From assembly GCA_964035545.1 (NCBI GenBank), contig OZ037772.1:868001-932000 (forward strand): a stretch of 64,000 nucleotides of DNA. Reading direction: 5' to 3'. A program made the translations under genes and the position numbers. Position 1 is the stretch's first letter. The number at the start of each line of letters is the position of its first letter. Source of the DNA: Bugula neritina (Eukaryota; Animalia; Bryozoa). Positions 24,538-39,153 of the stretch are shown one piece after another. A model generated the notes under the pieces. It did no database searches. It saw nothing but the letters and a program-made list of their open reading frames with translations, and was not told the origin of the DNA.

Positions 24538-27500
24538 AGGGAGAGGGAGAGGGAGAGGGAGAGGGAGAGGGAGAGGGAGAGGGAGAGGGAGAGGGAGAGG
24601 GAGAGGGAGAGGGAGAGGGAGAGGGAGAGGGAGAGAGAGACTTCTCACCTGTTCAGTGATCTTCACCTTGACCTCTTCCAACTTGTCATGACTTGGTAAC
24701 CTGCTGTCTCCACTGTTGGAATCTGGTCTTATACCCTCACTTTCATTGGACAAGTTGCTAGCTAGTAACGTGCCAGCAGATGGTGTGTTGGTGTTTAATG
24801 CTGAGTTATTACTAGTGTTTACTGCTGACTGAGAGAGATTCGGCCTCAACTACAAAACATAACAGGATAATCTACAGTACAAGGAGAGGATTTACAGTAC
24901 AAGGAGAGAATCTACAGTACAAGGAGAGGATCTACAGTACAAGGAGAGGATCTACAGTACAAGGAGAGGATCTACAGTACAAGGAGAGGATCTACAGTAC
25001 AAGGAGAGAATCTACAGTACAAGGAGAGGATCTACAGTACAAGGAGAGGATCTACAGTACAAGGAGGGGATCTACAGTACAAGGAGAGAATCTACAGTAC
25101 AAGGAGAGGATCTACAGTACAAGGAGAAGATCTACAGTACAAGGAGAGAATCTACAGTACAAGGAGAGGATCTAATGTATCTCTTAGCTACAGTTTCACA
25201 AGAGAATGGATACTCTACCAGACGTGTGTATGATATGTGAGTCGAATGAGTTCACTGGATATCACTCCGTCTGTGTCACACAGGAAGTGCTTCCTCTGAG
25301 AGTTCTGGACCTTTGTCTTTGTTCCTATGGCAACAGCAGGGAGACTATTAGTTACTATAGTAACAGCAGTGAGACTATTAGTTACTATAGCAACAGTAGT
25401 GAAACTAGTAGTTACTGTGGCAACAGCAGTGAAACTATTAGTTACTATAGCAACAGCAGTGAAACTATTAGTTACTATGGCAACAGTAGTGAAACTAGTA
25501 GTTACTATAGCAACAGCAGGGAGACTATTAGTTACTATAGCAACAGCAGTGTAACTAGTAGCTTAACTAACTCGTGCAAAGAGCAAATATAAATATACAC
25601 AGCTATAGTGTACACAGAGTATATATAAATATACACAGCTATACACAGAGTATATATAAACATACACAGCTATAGTGTACACAGAGTATATATAAATATA
25701 CACAGCTATACACAGAGTATATATAAACATACACAGCTATAGTGTACACAGAGTATATATAAACATACATAGCTATATACAGAGTATATATAAATATACA
25801 CAGCTATACACAGAGTATATATAAATATACACAGCTATACACAGAGTATATATAAATATACGCAGCAACAGTAAGGGTTGACACCATAATTTAGAATAAA
25901 GGAAGATTCTGTTTTCACCTGAAGAAGGTAGAAGCTGTTGGGTGGTCCTGTGTTCAATAGATGAGAGATTATCTCGGTATATGGTGTACGCATCATCAGA
26001 TATGGGAGTGAGTCCTTGGTGGTCACATTTGAAGAGAGAGAAAGGTTCTGATACTCTGTGGGATATGTACAGTACATCAATTCAGACATGTACAGATTTG
26101 ATGGATATAACGGTTTGTCTACTGTGAGCTAGCTAGCCAACTATACTATGTATTGTACAGAAAGAAACAATTTCTCTCTCGGATACAATGGCACATATTC
26201 AGATATATCTTTATTGTATACTGTGGTGTTACTAACTGGTCAATATTAATACAGTCTCTGCCCCCACTACTATAAACCACATGTAAAACTAGTAACATTT
26301 CTGTCAATATCTATTAATAACATTCTGAGAACAGCGTGTATATAAATGATAACTTTTTACCAGTAAATATTTCTACTGTAAGAACAGCTCACAGGAAAGC
26401 CAGGTTGTCGACTACTGACTCATAATTATCACTAGTTGACTACTAGTAACCATGGTAACAACTAACATCCTATTACTATCAAATGTTACTTGCTATCACC
26501 TGAATAAGTATCAGAATAGAGGTATAGTGTATGAATAATGTTGGCAGACAGCAGCCTACCAGTATGTCACTCTTAGTAACTGAGTCAATATACTGAGAAG
26601 TTACAGGGAGATGATACAATCCTTATATTTACTCTGCTGTACTAGCCGAGGAACAAGAAAACTTGTGTTCTAATGTGCACCAAAATCTCTACTTAGCTAC
26701 AAACATAGCTGATACTCTCCCCTGTTTATATAATAAAATTGTAATCTAAAGAATACAAACACACTTTTCCTTAGTGGATGTCAGGACTGGACTACTCAAA
26801 GCTCTCACCAGTTTTAACTTCTCAGGAGCATTGAGGAACACGGTCTACAAAATACACCCACACATATCTAGAACTACCCTCTATATTCACTAAACAGAGT
26901 TCCTCAGTCTATTCAGCATGATAGGACACACCCAGCAGGAAATAAACTCAAGGCTAAAACAGTTATCTGACTGCGAATCACACATTTTATGTTTCCACAT
27001 TGAAGAACACATTTAACCAGCACACACTAGGCTAACTACAATCAGCTAGTCTCATGGTTCTCTCTCATACTATAGAGAGCTAAGTCTATCTAACTGGTGG
27101 CCAGCTATAAAGTTCTGAGTATTCATATAGTGTGCCCATGAATTGTTAACAGGGTGGACTCAACTTCTTTAACCCCTTCGTCTCAAACTCTCTGTATAAT
27201 ACTTATACTATGGGGCGCAGTAGCTATGTATTTTTGTAAATTGAGAAAAAGTATTTAAATATACTCCAGTTGCAGTTTTATAATAGATTAGGAGACAACT
27301 AGCTAATGTTTAAATGAAAACATTTAATGGCTTACACCAAGCTTGAAAATAATTAGATATGAGCCCACCCCTTGTGCTAGTCACATAGTCATATTCACAG
27401 CTTAAGTGAGCTGAAGCACACATCACAGTGGCTGATCATCACCACACACATTCTCACACTGTTTTCATAAACTGCAGAGTCGTAAATATGCTCTCCTTCA

Positions 27501-28485
27501 CATTGGTACTTGAACTCGTACTGAAAGTGTTGCTCATAACTGTTCATATTGACACTGACATTATGAAGTTAGTAGTGATATTTCATTTTCAATAGTAGGG
27601 CTTTTAGATGGTATTGATCCATCCACAATGAGAAATACTTGCAAATGTTGATAAATTATTGTATGATTGAATTGGTGAGTTATAATGTGTATCATTCAAA
27701 TGTGAATACTGAACATGATCTGGTCACCTTGATTACCTCATATTGATTCATCGCAATTGTCAGTATAATTGTGCCATAGAGAATTCTATTAAGTTTGAGA
27801 ATTGACATTCAGTTTCACATTGCTCATTCAGTGATCCATGCTTAGTGTCACATTGGCCTTTAGGCTTAAAGCAACAAAACCTAACAGTAACACTATCTAT
27901 AAGTATATTTATATTATTATCAAGTATTAGCATTATGACATAAAATTAAACTTAAAGCCTGTCAGTTATAGTGTCTATGAAATTAAATCCAAAAATAAAA
28001 AAAAACAAAAATAACAACTTTTATTCACGCTTCAACTTTCAAAACGAAGACTAAGTTCAACTCAACGAGGTAAGAGATGATCGTTTAATCAGTTAATCAC
28101 AATGCCTAGTATGTTATCACATTCACGCAAGCTTTCACTGTGAATCACAATGATTATGAGTATGATTTAATGAGTATCAGTATGGCAATCCCAACGACAA
28201 TAAGTATAACTGTGAGTGTGAGTGACTGACTGAGTGTGACTGATAAGAGCCAGGCCAATGCCAGGGGCAATCGCAATCACAATCGGTATGACTGAATCAC
28301 TATCAGTATAAGTATTACAATCACAAAGTCAAATGACAATGCCAATAGCACTATCAATATCATATTGAATTGAATTTTGAATGCGAATATCAAATAGCAC
28401 CCTCTTACTATTAGTTATTAGTATTAGTATTAGTATTACTTACAACTTGCTTATGCAAGAGAATTAAATCTTTAAAGCGTAGCAT
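19998..28485 (-). CDS. C6orf136/DUF2358-like protein; exons (5' to 3') 28485-28444, 26844-26765, 26055-25919, 25324-25219, 24844(or 24849)-24649, 24219-24122, 23933-23807, 22712-22602, 22472-22403, then tentative 22322-22289 and 20068-19998; one apparent +1 frameshift
   Basis: Spliced translation FPVFFKSSVHYYNHYTTDLVFENNF..KGIAKY..HPDDG/AIKVRWTMRG..DGFNTFWVNKNGLIYRHHLDR recalls the C6orf136/DUF2358 core (recognised from memory, not searched); canonical GT-AG sites; the first and last exons are less certain. Confidence 0.7.
20305..22277. repeat. About 2-kb cryptic (AGT)n/(AGC)n microsatellite punctuated by AATGAGAGTACC
   Basis: Seen directly; source of the poly-S/V/L ORFs. Confidence 0.97.
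22723..23795. repeat. 21-bp minisatellite, about 51 copies
   Basis: Unit TGTAATATATCCTCTCTATAC. Confidence 0.97.
24287..24639. repeat. Polypurine (GA)n/(GGGAGA)n tract
   Basis: About 350 nt almost entirely purine on the + strand. Confidence 0.97.
24870..25174. repeat. 20-bp minisatellite, about 15 copies
   Basis: Unit TCTACAGTACAAGGAGAGGA. Confidence 0.96.
25326..25560. repeat. 30-bp minisatellite, about 8 copies
   Basis: Unit ATAGCAACAGCAGTGAAACTATTAGTTACT. Confidence 0.93.
25587..25862. repeat. Minisatellite of about 30-35 bp with short and long variants
   Basis: ATATAAATATACACAGCTAT(AGTGT)ACACAGAGTAT repeats. Confidence 0.9.
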
Positions 28486-29960
28486 CCTTTTCAAGCAAAA
28501 TAAGGATAATAAGTTTCGTCAAATTGAGTTAAAAACTACAACTTATAAGTCACATGTATTAAGCAACTCATGCTCAGTCATCACTAATCCTAGTGGGTAC
28601 GGCAAGCATAATTTATTTTACCATGCTACAAGATTATGTAGACGGTGCGCTTACGCCTCTCATTCTACTTAAGCAATATCCAATTGTATGGTTTTTATGA
28701 CTTTAAAATCCGTTTTTGAGAAGCAAGGCTAGATAGAAATTAATGATCAATATTGACTCGCTAAGAGTACTCATGTAAACCCGCAAACTACAACTTTTAA
28801 CCCGACCGCAAAGCTGGAAGTACGATAAGCGTCGCCGTATTGATTTCAGGCGAATTTTATTTGATTTCTTTCAAACTGCTGAGAAGTAATATTTGCTTCC
28901 ATTTTATGTCTGTATCAGCCATCAGGGCTATCGCGATACAATTATAAATGTTCTTAATTCAATCAATATTATGAAAAAATTAATGTAGGAAATTCAATTT
29001 TGACTATATAGAATAATCTCAATCTGAATAAGTATTATTTATTTATTGTAACACTTGCACTTCGTCTTACTCTTACTCTTACAGTTACTCTTAATCAAAT
29101 AACATACTCATAGTCAATCTCCAACTCAATCTCATACTGAGTCTGATACTCATAGTCATAGTGATAGTCTTTGCCAGATTATTGCTAGATAATTTAGGCT
29201 AGTACTAGTACTACTACTAGTAGTAGTACTACTAGTACTAATAATCACAGTACTAATAGTAATAGTATTAGAGTAATACTAATACTAATAGTAATACTAC
29301 CACTAGTAGTAGCAGTAGTGCTGGTAGTAGTAGGCTACATGATGATGATCATTATGATTATGAAGATGGTTATTACTATAACTATTACGGTATGAGTATA
29401 ACTATAACTGTATTAGTATTTGATTTTATTTTGCATTGCTAATTGAAGACCATGCGTTAAAATTAACTGTTTCTCTCTTTTCTCTACATTTCAAGTTGCA
29501 CACTAATAGACATATATGCTTTCAAATTTTTTGGTCTATCTTTAAGTTGTGAAACTTGACCAGTATGACTACAACTAACTGTAACTAGAATAAAATATTG
29601 GATGATAGAGAAGTTCCATACAGTTACACCTCCTTTGACTTGTGCTACCGTCGGTAGTGCTAAAAGAGTGGAGCCAAAGAAAAGCATAATCACAGAATTC
29701 ACAGCCTGCTGGTTTGAGATTTTTGTGGTCTAGAGATTGTACTGGGTTACAGAGATCTTTTTCCGTCTGTGAATTTTTGATCCCTGCGGTTGTTTCTGAC
29801 TGTGGGTAGTTGGAGGTGTTGAGGGAGTGGGCTCACTGAGTATGTTATATTATTGTAATCATATTAACCAACTTGACAGTTTACTAATTCATTGTCTAAC
29901 TCTGTCTGCCTTAGTCTAGTAACACTATTTATTTATTTATTTACTTAATAATTTAATTAA

Positions 29961-31916
29961 ATTACTAGTTTATATTACCAAGGTATATTACTAGTTTATG
30001 TTACCAAGTTATATTACTATTTTATGTTACCAAGTTAAATTACTAGTTTATATCACCAAGTTATATTACTAGTTTATGTTACCAAGTTAAATTACTAGTT
30101 TATATTACCAAGGTATATTACCAGTTTATGTTACCAAGTTATATTACTAGTTTATATTACCAAGTTATATTACTAGTTTATGTTACCAAGTTAAATTACT
30201 AGTTTATATTACCAAGTTATATTACTAGTTTATATTACCAAGTTATATTACTAATTTATGTTACCAAGTTTACTAGTTAATGCTACCAAGTTATATTACT
30301 AGTTTTTGTTACCAAGTTATATTACTAGTTTTTGTTACCAAGCTATATTACTAGTTTATGTTACCAATTTATATTACTAGTTTATATTACCAAGTTATAT
30401 TACTAGTTTATATCACCAAGTTATATTACTAGTTTATGTTACCAAGTTATATTACTAGTTTATATTACCAAGTTATATTACCAGTTTATGTTACCAAGTT
30501 ATATCACTATTTTATGTTACCAGGTTAAATTACTAGTTTATATCACCAAGTTATATTACTAGTTTATGTTACCAAGTTAAATTACTAGTTTATATTACCA
30601 AGGTATATTACCAGTTTATGTTACCAAGTTATATTACTAGTTTATATTACCAAGTTATATTACTAGTTTATGTTACCAAGTTAAATTACTAGTTTATATT
30701 ACCAAGTTATATTACTAGTTTATATTACCAAGTTATATTACTAATTTATGTTACCAAGTTTACTAGTTAATGCTACCAAGTTATATTACTAGTTTTTGTT
30801 ACCAAGTTATATTACTAGTTTTTGTTACCAAGCTATATTACTAGTTTATGTTACCAATTTATATTACTAGTTTATATTACCAAGTTATATTACTAGTTTA
30901 TATCACCAAGTTATATTACTAGTTTATGTTACCAAGTTATATTACTAGTTTATATTACCAAGTTATATTACTAGTTTATATCACCAAGTTATATTACTAG
31001 TTTATATTACCAAGTTATATTACTAGTTTATATTACCAAGTTATATTACTAGTTTATATCACCAAGTTAAATTACTAGTTTATATTACCAAGTTATTTTA
31101 CGAGTTTATATTACCAAGTTATATTACTAGTTTATATTACCAAGTTATATTACTAGTTTATATCACCAAGTTAAATTACTAGTTTATATTACCAAGTTAT
31201 ATTACTAGTTTATATCACCAAGTTAAATTACTAGTTTATATTACCAAGTTATTTTACTAGTTTATATTACCAAGTTATATTACTAGTTTATATTACCAAG
31301 TTATATTACTAGTTTATATCACCAAGTTAAATTACTAGTTTATATTACCAAGTTATATAACTAGTTTATATTACCAAGTTATATTGTTAGTTTATGTTAC
31401 CTAGTTATATTACTAGTTTATATTACCAAGTTATATTACTAGTTTATATTACCAAGTTATGTTACTAGTTTATATCACCAAGTTATATTACTAGTTTATA
31501 TTACCAAGTTATATTACTAGTTTATATTACCAAGTTATGTTACTAGTTTATATCACCAAGTTATATTACTAGTTTATATCACCAAGTTATATTACTAGTT
31601 TATGTTACCAAGTTATATTACTAGTTTATATTACCAAGTTATATTACTAGTTTATATCACCAAGTTATATTACTAGTTTATGTTACCAAGTTATATTACT
31701 AGTTTATGTTACCAAGTTATATTACTAGTTTATATCACCAAGTTATATTACTAGTTTATGTTACCAAGTTATATTACTAGTTTATATTACCAAGTTATAT
31801 TACTAGTTTATATTACCAAGTTATGTTACTAGTTTATATCACCAATTTATATTACTAGTTTATATTACCAAGTTATATTACTAGTTTATGTTACCAAGTT
31901 ATATTACTAGTTTATA
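29961..31916. repeat. 26-bp satellite (dimer of related 13-mers), about 75 copies
   Basis: Unit TTACTAGTTTATA-TTACCAAGTTATA. Confidence 0.96.
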
Positions 31917-32954
31917 CTGCTAGTATTCAACAACTAACCTCCTGCACATCTCAACTCTGACGCAACTACACTGACTAAACATCCGTATAGTTTATAGTTT
32001 TTGTTGAATTCTTCAGACCCTGAGAACTGTGCGTGTGGCTTCACCTGCGAGTGTGGTGCCTGTGTTGGGGTATGTGACCTTGACAGAGACTGTGGGAAGC
32101 TGCAGATCTGTTTGGAGAAAAGATGTTATCAGCAGGCCTCACCAGATGACAGAACTGTTGTCTAGGATCTTTATCACTCAGAACTAGTAGAATGTTCTTC
32201 AGGTATGAATGCGAAATCTTTGTTCTAAACTCTATTAGAGTTTATAAGTGTTGCTTTCTGTTGTACTTATATCTGTGCTGGCCAGGATTTTTGAATGATT
32301 TTTGTTATGTATTTACATAACAGAGTGTAAAATTAAAGCTGAATTTGCTTTATTTTCTATATATTTTGTTTGCGATTTTTCAGTAGAAACGAGGCATCAC
32401 ACTTGGTGTGATTATCAGCATTTTTTGCAGGTGCTTCTATTCGTGTACTGACAACACAGCCTGTCCTAGTGATGGACAAATCTGTCACCATGGTGTCTGT
32501 AAAGAGGGCTGTCAGGTGAGTAGTCGCTATGACCTACACTGCGAGTTATTGTAACTTTCATACTATGAGTTGTGACTACCTACTATAATTTATACTGCGA
32601 GTCCAAGTAGCTGCTGTAACTTATGCTGTGAGTCATGACTAACTGAAATCACTTATACTGTGAGTCATGACTAACTGATATCACTTATACTGTGAGTCAA
32701 TTATCAAAAATAGCAACGAAGTAGAGATATGTTGTGTATGTGAGATATGTGAGGTTATTTAGTGACTAGTTCGCTATTTATAGAGTTTTGTTTCTATTAA
32801 TAGACTGTACTGAAGATGAACAATGTGGATCTGAGTTTACTGAATGCATATCCAACATATGCTATCAGCTTTATCCTCTCAACAATCCAGATCTTTCTGA
32901 TGCTGAGCAGGACAGACTCTTTGATGATCGGCTGAATCTACGGAATGATGGTAA

Positions 32955-34337
32955 GTTACTCTGTTAGTACAGTTACTCTGTTAGTACAGTTACTCTGTTA
33001 GTATAGTTACTCTGTTAGTACAGTTACTCTGTTAGTACAGTTACTCTGTTAGTACAGTTACTCTGCTAGTACACTTACTCTGTTAGTATAGTTACTCTGC
33101 TAGTACAGTTACTCTGCTAGTATAGTTACTCTGTTAGTACAGTTACTGTGTTAGTACGGTTACTCTGTTAGTATAGTTACTCTGTTAGTACGGTTACTCT
33201 GTTAGTATAGTTACTCTGTTAGTATAGTTTCTCTGTTAGTACAGTTACTCTGCTAGTACAGTTACTCTGTTAGTATAGTTACTCTGTTAGTATAGTTACT
33301 CTGTTAGTACAATTACTCTGTTAGTATAGTTACTCTGTTAGTATAGTTACTCTGTTAGTATAGTTACTCTGTTAGTATAGTTACTCTGTTAGTACAATTA
33401 CTCTGTTAGTATAGTTACTCTGTTAGTATAGTTACTCTGTTAGTACAGTTACTCTGTTAGTACAGTTACTCTGTTAGTACAGTTACTCTGCTAGTACACT
33501 TACTCTGTTAGTATAGTTATTCTGCTAGTACAGTTACTCTGTTAGTATAGTTACTCTGTTAGTATAGTTACTCTGTTAGTACAATTACTCTGTTAGTATA
33601 GTTACTCTGTTAGTATAGTTACTCTGTTAGTATAGTTACTCTGTTAGTATAGTTACTCTGTTAGTACAATTACTCTGTTAGTATAGTTACTCTGTTAGTA
33701 TAGTTACTCTGTTAGTACAGTTACTCTGTTAGTACAGTTACTCTGTTAGTACAGTTACTCTGCTAGTACACTTACTCTGTTAGTATAGTTATTCTGCTAG
33801 TACAGTTACTCTGTTAGTATAGTTACTCTGTTAGTATGGTTACTCTGTTAGTATAGTTACTCTGTTAGTATAGTTACTCTGTTAGTACGGTTACTCTGTT
33901 AGTATAGTTACTCTGTTAGTATAGTTACTCTGTTAGTACAGTTACTCTGCTAGTACAGTTACTCTGTTAGTATAGTTACTCTGTTAGTATAGTTACTCTG
34001 TTAGTACAATTACTCTGTTAGTATAGTTACTCTGTTAGTATAGTTACTCTGTTAGTACAGTTACTCTGTTAGTATAGTTACTCTGTTAGTACAATTACTC
34101 TGTTAGTATAGTTACTCTGTGAGTATAGTTACTCTGTTAGTATAGTTACTCTGTTAGTATAGTTACTCTGTTAGTATAGTTACTCTGTTAGTATAGTTAC
34201 TCTGTTAGTACAGTTACTCTGTTAGTACAGTTACTCTGTTAGTACGGTTACACTGTTAGTATGGTTACTCTGTTAGTACAGTTACTCTGTTAGTATAGTT
34301 ACTCTGTTAGTACAGTTACTCTGTTAGTATAGTTACA
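32955..34337. repeat. 17-bp minisatellite, about 80 copies, starting at a splice donor
   Basis: Unit GTTACTCTGTTAGTAYA. Confidence 0.97.
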
Positions 34338-34379
34338 GTAACAGTACCATTACCATATATAAGCAGAATGACAGATGAA

Positions 34380-34399
34380 CTGACTGACTGACTGACAAA

Positions 34400-34460
<61 letters not shown>

Positions 34461-34481
34461 TGACTGACTGACTGACTGACT
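34380..34481. repeat. Compound (CTGA)n(CTGG)n(CTGA)n microsatellite
   Basis: Seen directly. Confidence 0.92.
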
Positions 34482-37400
34482 GGACAGACAGATAAACAGA
34501 TAGGTAAATATCGATCAGATATTTAGTGAAGCTACCAACTGAGACCCAGACTGTGTTTTGATACTGGTATATGATATCTTTCTACAATGTGTTTACAGTT
34601 TACTGTACAAAGTATTGTTCCATCAGATGGACTCACTCTACTCATGTGTAAGACTCATCAAGAATGTCTACCCAATCAGATCTGTGTTAACGAGGTGTGC
34701 ACACTGACGTGTAAAAGTGACTCTGAGTGTGCATCCAACCAGGTTAGATACTGCATACATGTCTCTATCCTAGCAGGTATTTCACAAACTATTCTGAAAC
34801 CCATACTTTTATTGTTCATTGTCTATGTATTCTCCACCATGTTTTTACTAGAAGTAAACTTTATTTTAGTAATGAGTTTAAAATAAATTATTGTTTCGCA
34901 TTGTACAGTTTATTATTGCCTGAATCTTGTAATAAGAATATTGACAATATTAGAGCAGCAACGTGATTGGCTTAACAATACCAGAGCAGGGATTTGATTG
35001 GCTTAGCAATATCAGTGCAGCGATGTGATTAGCTTTACAATATCAGAGCAGGGATGCTATTGGCTACTCTGTTCTGTTCTGCAGGGCCATGCCTACTTGT
35101 ATTATGTGTTAATCTTGTTTTGCAGTGAACAGAAAGGGATAATGGGTCCCAAAAGACATCCGGGATCTTACAGAACTGATGGTGAAGAAGGGTTCACCCG
35201 ATGTTGATGGCCTGCCTGGTATATCCGGCAATCCTGGAGATGCAGGAGAAAGGAGACCACCTTGTTTTGCAGGAGATACCGGAGTTCTTGGAGAACCAGG
35301 TGATGTTTATGCTCAATTGAGTTCAATCTGTCAAGTTAAGTTGGGATCTTTTTCGTTTTCATTATTTTATGTTTGTTACGTGGAAAAGGGGAAAACTCTG
35401 TCTCGGAGCATTTTTGTTTTTTCAGAGAGCTTTGGATTATTTGATTATGGTCTACACAGGGGTATAGACAAACTAAACTAGACAGGGGTGTAGACAGACT
35501 AAACTACACAGGGCTGTAGACAGACTAAATTACACAGGGGTGTAGACAGACTAAACCTACTACGAACGTATAACTACCCTGTGTCATGCTGTCATGACGT
35601 CTGTATTCTCTCCTATAATTTGACTTTTATTTAGCAAGCAGATTTCTAGTAGGCTATTCTATAGTGACCAGTCACACTGTTTATTGTAGCAACATAGAAA
35701 TCAAGTTGAAAACTAGTTGCACCTGTTGTGATGCTATCAATGGGTGCTTACAGGTAGAGACGGAGTACCTGGACCTGTTGAGATCGGATATCAGGGTAAA
35801 CAAGGAGATCAAGGTCCTGCAGGTAAAAATGAGGAGTTACTCACCCTTGCTTGTGTATTTCTGTTCTTTTTAGGTATTCTATAATATGCTGGGGTTTCCC
35901 TCACAGCTAGTCTGCACTAAGGCAGGGAGTAAGCTAAGTAATCATATTGAATTCCAGCAGTGCTTGTTACTTCAACTGACAGGATTACTGTGTATGATAG
36001 TTGCTCTGACTGGTTTTCATGGATTATTTTTACCATACTGTTTACCACATGATGCATTGTCTGAGTAAAAACAAGAAAACAAAGAAATATACCAGAAATG
36101 TTGAGAAATGTGGTGTTCCAGATTTATTAAATGACCACTTGTAATGCATACTAATGCTGCTTGGTTCATAGGACCTGTCGAACAAGCTGGAGAACCCGGT
36201 CTGTATGGCAGAAATGGAAAGACAGGAGAAACTGCACGAACTGGTATGCCTAGTCCAACCGCCTTAAGGGGGGTCACTGGAGAACCCGGATCTGATGGAA
36301 GGTATTTTTTGTGTTTCACTTCGCCTTATTCAGCTTCTTGGAACTTTTTATTTGATTTAGTTTTTATAATTTGTTGTCAATTTTTTCAGAGACGGTTTAC
36401 CTGGAGTACTGGGTGCTGATGGTAGACCTGGGGAGCAGGGTGATCAAGGACCTTCTGGCTCCATGGGTCCAGTGGGAATCCCCGGTAACCAGGGACCTGA
36501 AGGTGCTCAAGGAGACAAGGGTGATAAGGCAAGAACATTCTTTATTCAGTTTTCTATTTATTTCAGGTCTCTGGTTTTCCACTAGTCAATCCTGTAGTTG
36601 TTTATTTGTTTTAGTTTATTTATGTTAATACTAGAGTTGCTTCAGTGACACCACATCATGTAATATATTACATAACAGTGCAGTATAATACACCATAATA
36701 TAATATGTTATACAATACAATATTGTTACAGAAAATATTATTCAATAATATCTCACAGCTAAGGTGTGTCTCCTAAATATATTCATTACTATAGGGGCCA
36801 GCTGGGCCACAGGGTGTTTTTGGACCAACTGGATTGTCTGGACCAGCGAGTCCACGTGGGCCAACTGGTCCTCAGGAACCCCAGGGAGCTAAGGGAGTTG
36901 CTTGCGAAATGGACCTAAAGGTATGAATTAACTTGAACCAATCGTTGTCCTTAGTTATTGGCCATCAACAGAATCATGGCTCTAAGAGTTATCCTTCTTG
37001 GTAAGAAGGTAAGGCAATTCCTAACTCATGATAATATGAATATAATCTGCTGTTGTAAGACCCACTGGTTTCCAGGGACCTCAGGGATTCCTCGGAGCTC
37101 CCGGTGTTGATGGTTAAAGGGGAGATGTTGGATCAGTTGGCATTGCTGAACCACCTGGGCTACTGGGTGCAGACGGCAAACAAGGAATAACTGGTTCTCC
37201 TGGTGCTATAGGTGCTATGGGACCACCTGTACCTGATGGTGCTAAGGTAAACACTTACACTGCTAACAGGTTATTGTTATTCATCTTGTTAGTTTAGTGA
37301 TAATAAACCAATAGTCTGTATTTCTAGGGTGAACAAGGGAGAGATGGGGAAATGGGTAGTCCTGGCAGACCTGGACTTCCTGGACCACCTGGTGAAGCCC

Positions 37401-39153
37401 CAGTATTTGGTTAGTTATTAGCAAAACCAAGTTATTGTCCATTACTTGTATCTTTTTCATTCTCTTTCAACTGTGTATTGGTAATATTTTGGGAATTTCA
37501 TCCATAGCTTGTGATTGAAGCTTTTATTTTTTTCTACCATGGGTTATGTTAGGTGCGCCCCCTATGATGATGAGTGCAATGATGTCCAACAGTAAAGGTG
37601 TACAAGCTGATGATGCAGGCGCCAACAATGAGCTCTATAATTTGTACCTCAGTGAGTAATGGTCATGATGTGCTTTGATGTTGCCCGATTTGTAGTGGAA
37701 AGGCCTTTTTGAATGCTGTTTTGGAACTCAAATGACAGACTCGTTTCAAATTGTTTATGTTTTTGCAGACAAACATTTTTATAATTAACTGCTAGAAACT
37801 ATTGTAATAAAAATATAGACAGCTGTTATAATGTGTTTCTCCTCCTAGCATTGATGATTGACATTCTTGTTTGATGAGTCACCTATTTAGTTCGTTTCTC
37901 CAGTTAAATGTTGCTACATTCTGACATATTATATAATGTTGATTTTATTGCTGTTAGCTTACATCACTACTTCCACCTTATTTCTCTAGAAACAAAAGTT
38001 AGGGATGGGTCCAAAGACAGCCCTGTTATAGAGACTGTAGAGAACTCTTCACTGAGAACCCAGAGTTCAAGAGTGGAACTTAATGGGTGAGAGAAGATGC
38101 TGATATGTTTCTATTTTCTCTGCTCAGAGGAAATCTGCATCCAAGTCTAATGACTGAAATTTTGTGAACATGTTTTACATTCTACAATTACTACTCCTGA
38201 GATGTCAATATAATGTCATGTGAAGTTTCCACAGATATTTAATGAATTGTTGTTTAGGAAAAAGAGTTTTCCCATGAGTTGCCTGTATTATATAATTCTG
38301 TATATTCAACAGCTGAACATGTTTTAGTAGTTTTATTTGATATTAGCATTATGTTAGTGTGAAATAGAGAAGTTGTATTATCTATTGTTTGTTGTCAGGT
38401 GGATGCAGATGGTGGCTCCATAGCTAATGCTATCCAGGCTTACTGTCGCAAGGAAATGAAGAGCACTTGCATCATTGTACAGACCTTCGAGTTTGCCACC
38501 AAATCGTACGTCACCCAGCAGCTAGATAATCAGCCATTCGTTGCTAAACACATGGGAACAGCACTCGTGAGTGTTTAACTTGTATCAGCCATGACTTTCT
38601 CTGTATTATTTTAAAATATCTAAAAGTTTTTTTGTTGAGCATTTTCGCTATTGTAACATATTTGTTTATTGTATAAGGATGTTGATAAGTGTTGCTATAG
38701 TAACATGTGGGTTTCCTGTATGGATGTTGATAAGTGTTGCTATAGTAACTTGTTGGTTTCCTGTATGGATTGTAGTTTGAGTATCAGGCAGAGTTTTCCC
38801 AATTCTCAGCTTCCTTCGAATTCACTCTGAGAGAGCAAACCCTGACTTACAGGTAATAGTCACTGCTAGCAGCTTATCAAATAGTCACTAGTCGCTAGTC
38901 ACCAGATATTAGTCCTCTACTATGTTGCTAGTCACTTGATAATCTGAACAATCACAGGCTTCTTCTTAAGCTGAGCGAGTTGTTGGTATGACTATTCCCT
39001 TTGCTGATTGTAGATGTATAAACTCAGTGGCAGTACAAGATGCATGCGAAAGGAAGAATAAGTCAGTCATTTTATATACAGTTGGTGATAAAGAATACAC
39101 AGCAACAGATAGCAGGTCCCAATATCCAGTGCTGCAGGATTTTTACAAGGTAT

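Noticed and set aside
24203-24699. RE/RG-repeat ORFs
   Set aside because: Translations of the GA/GGGAGA tract; only 24649-24849 on the - strand is exonic.
29484-29810. GC-richer patch and 72-aa ORF, a possible first exon of the collagen gene
   Set aside because: No consistent start, signal peptide or splice phase on the + strand.
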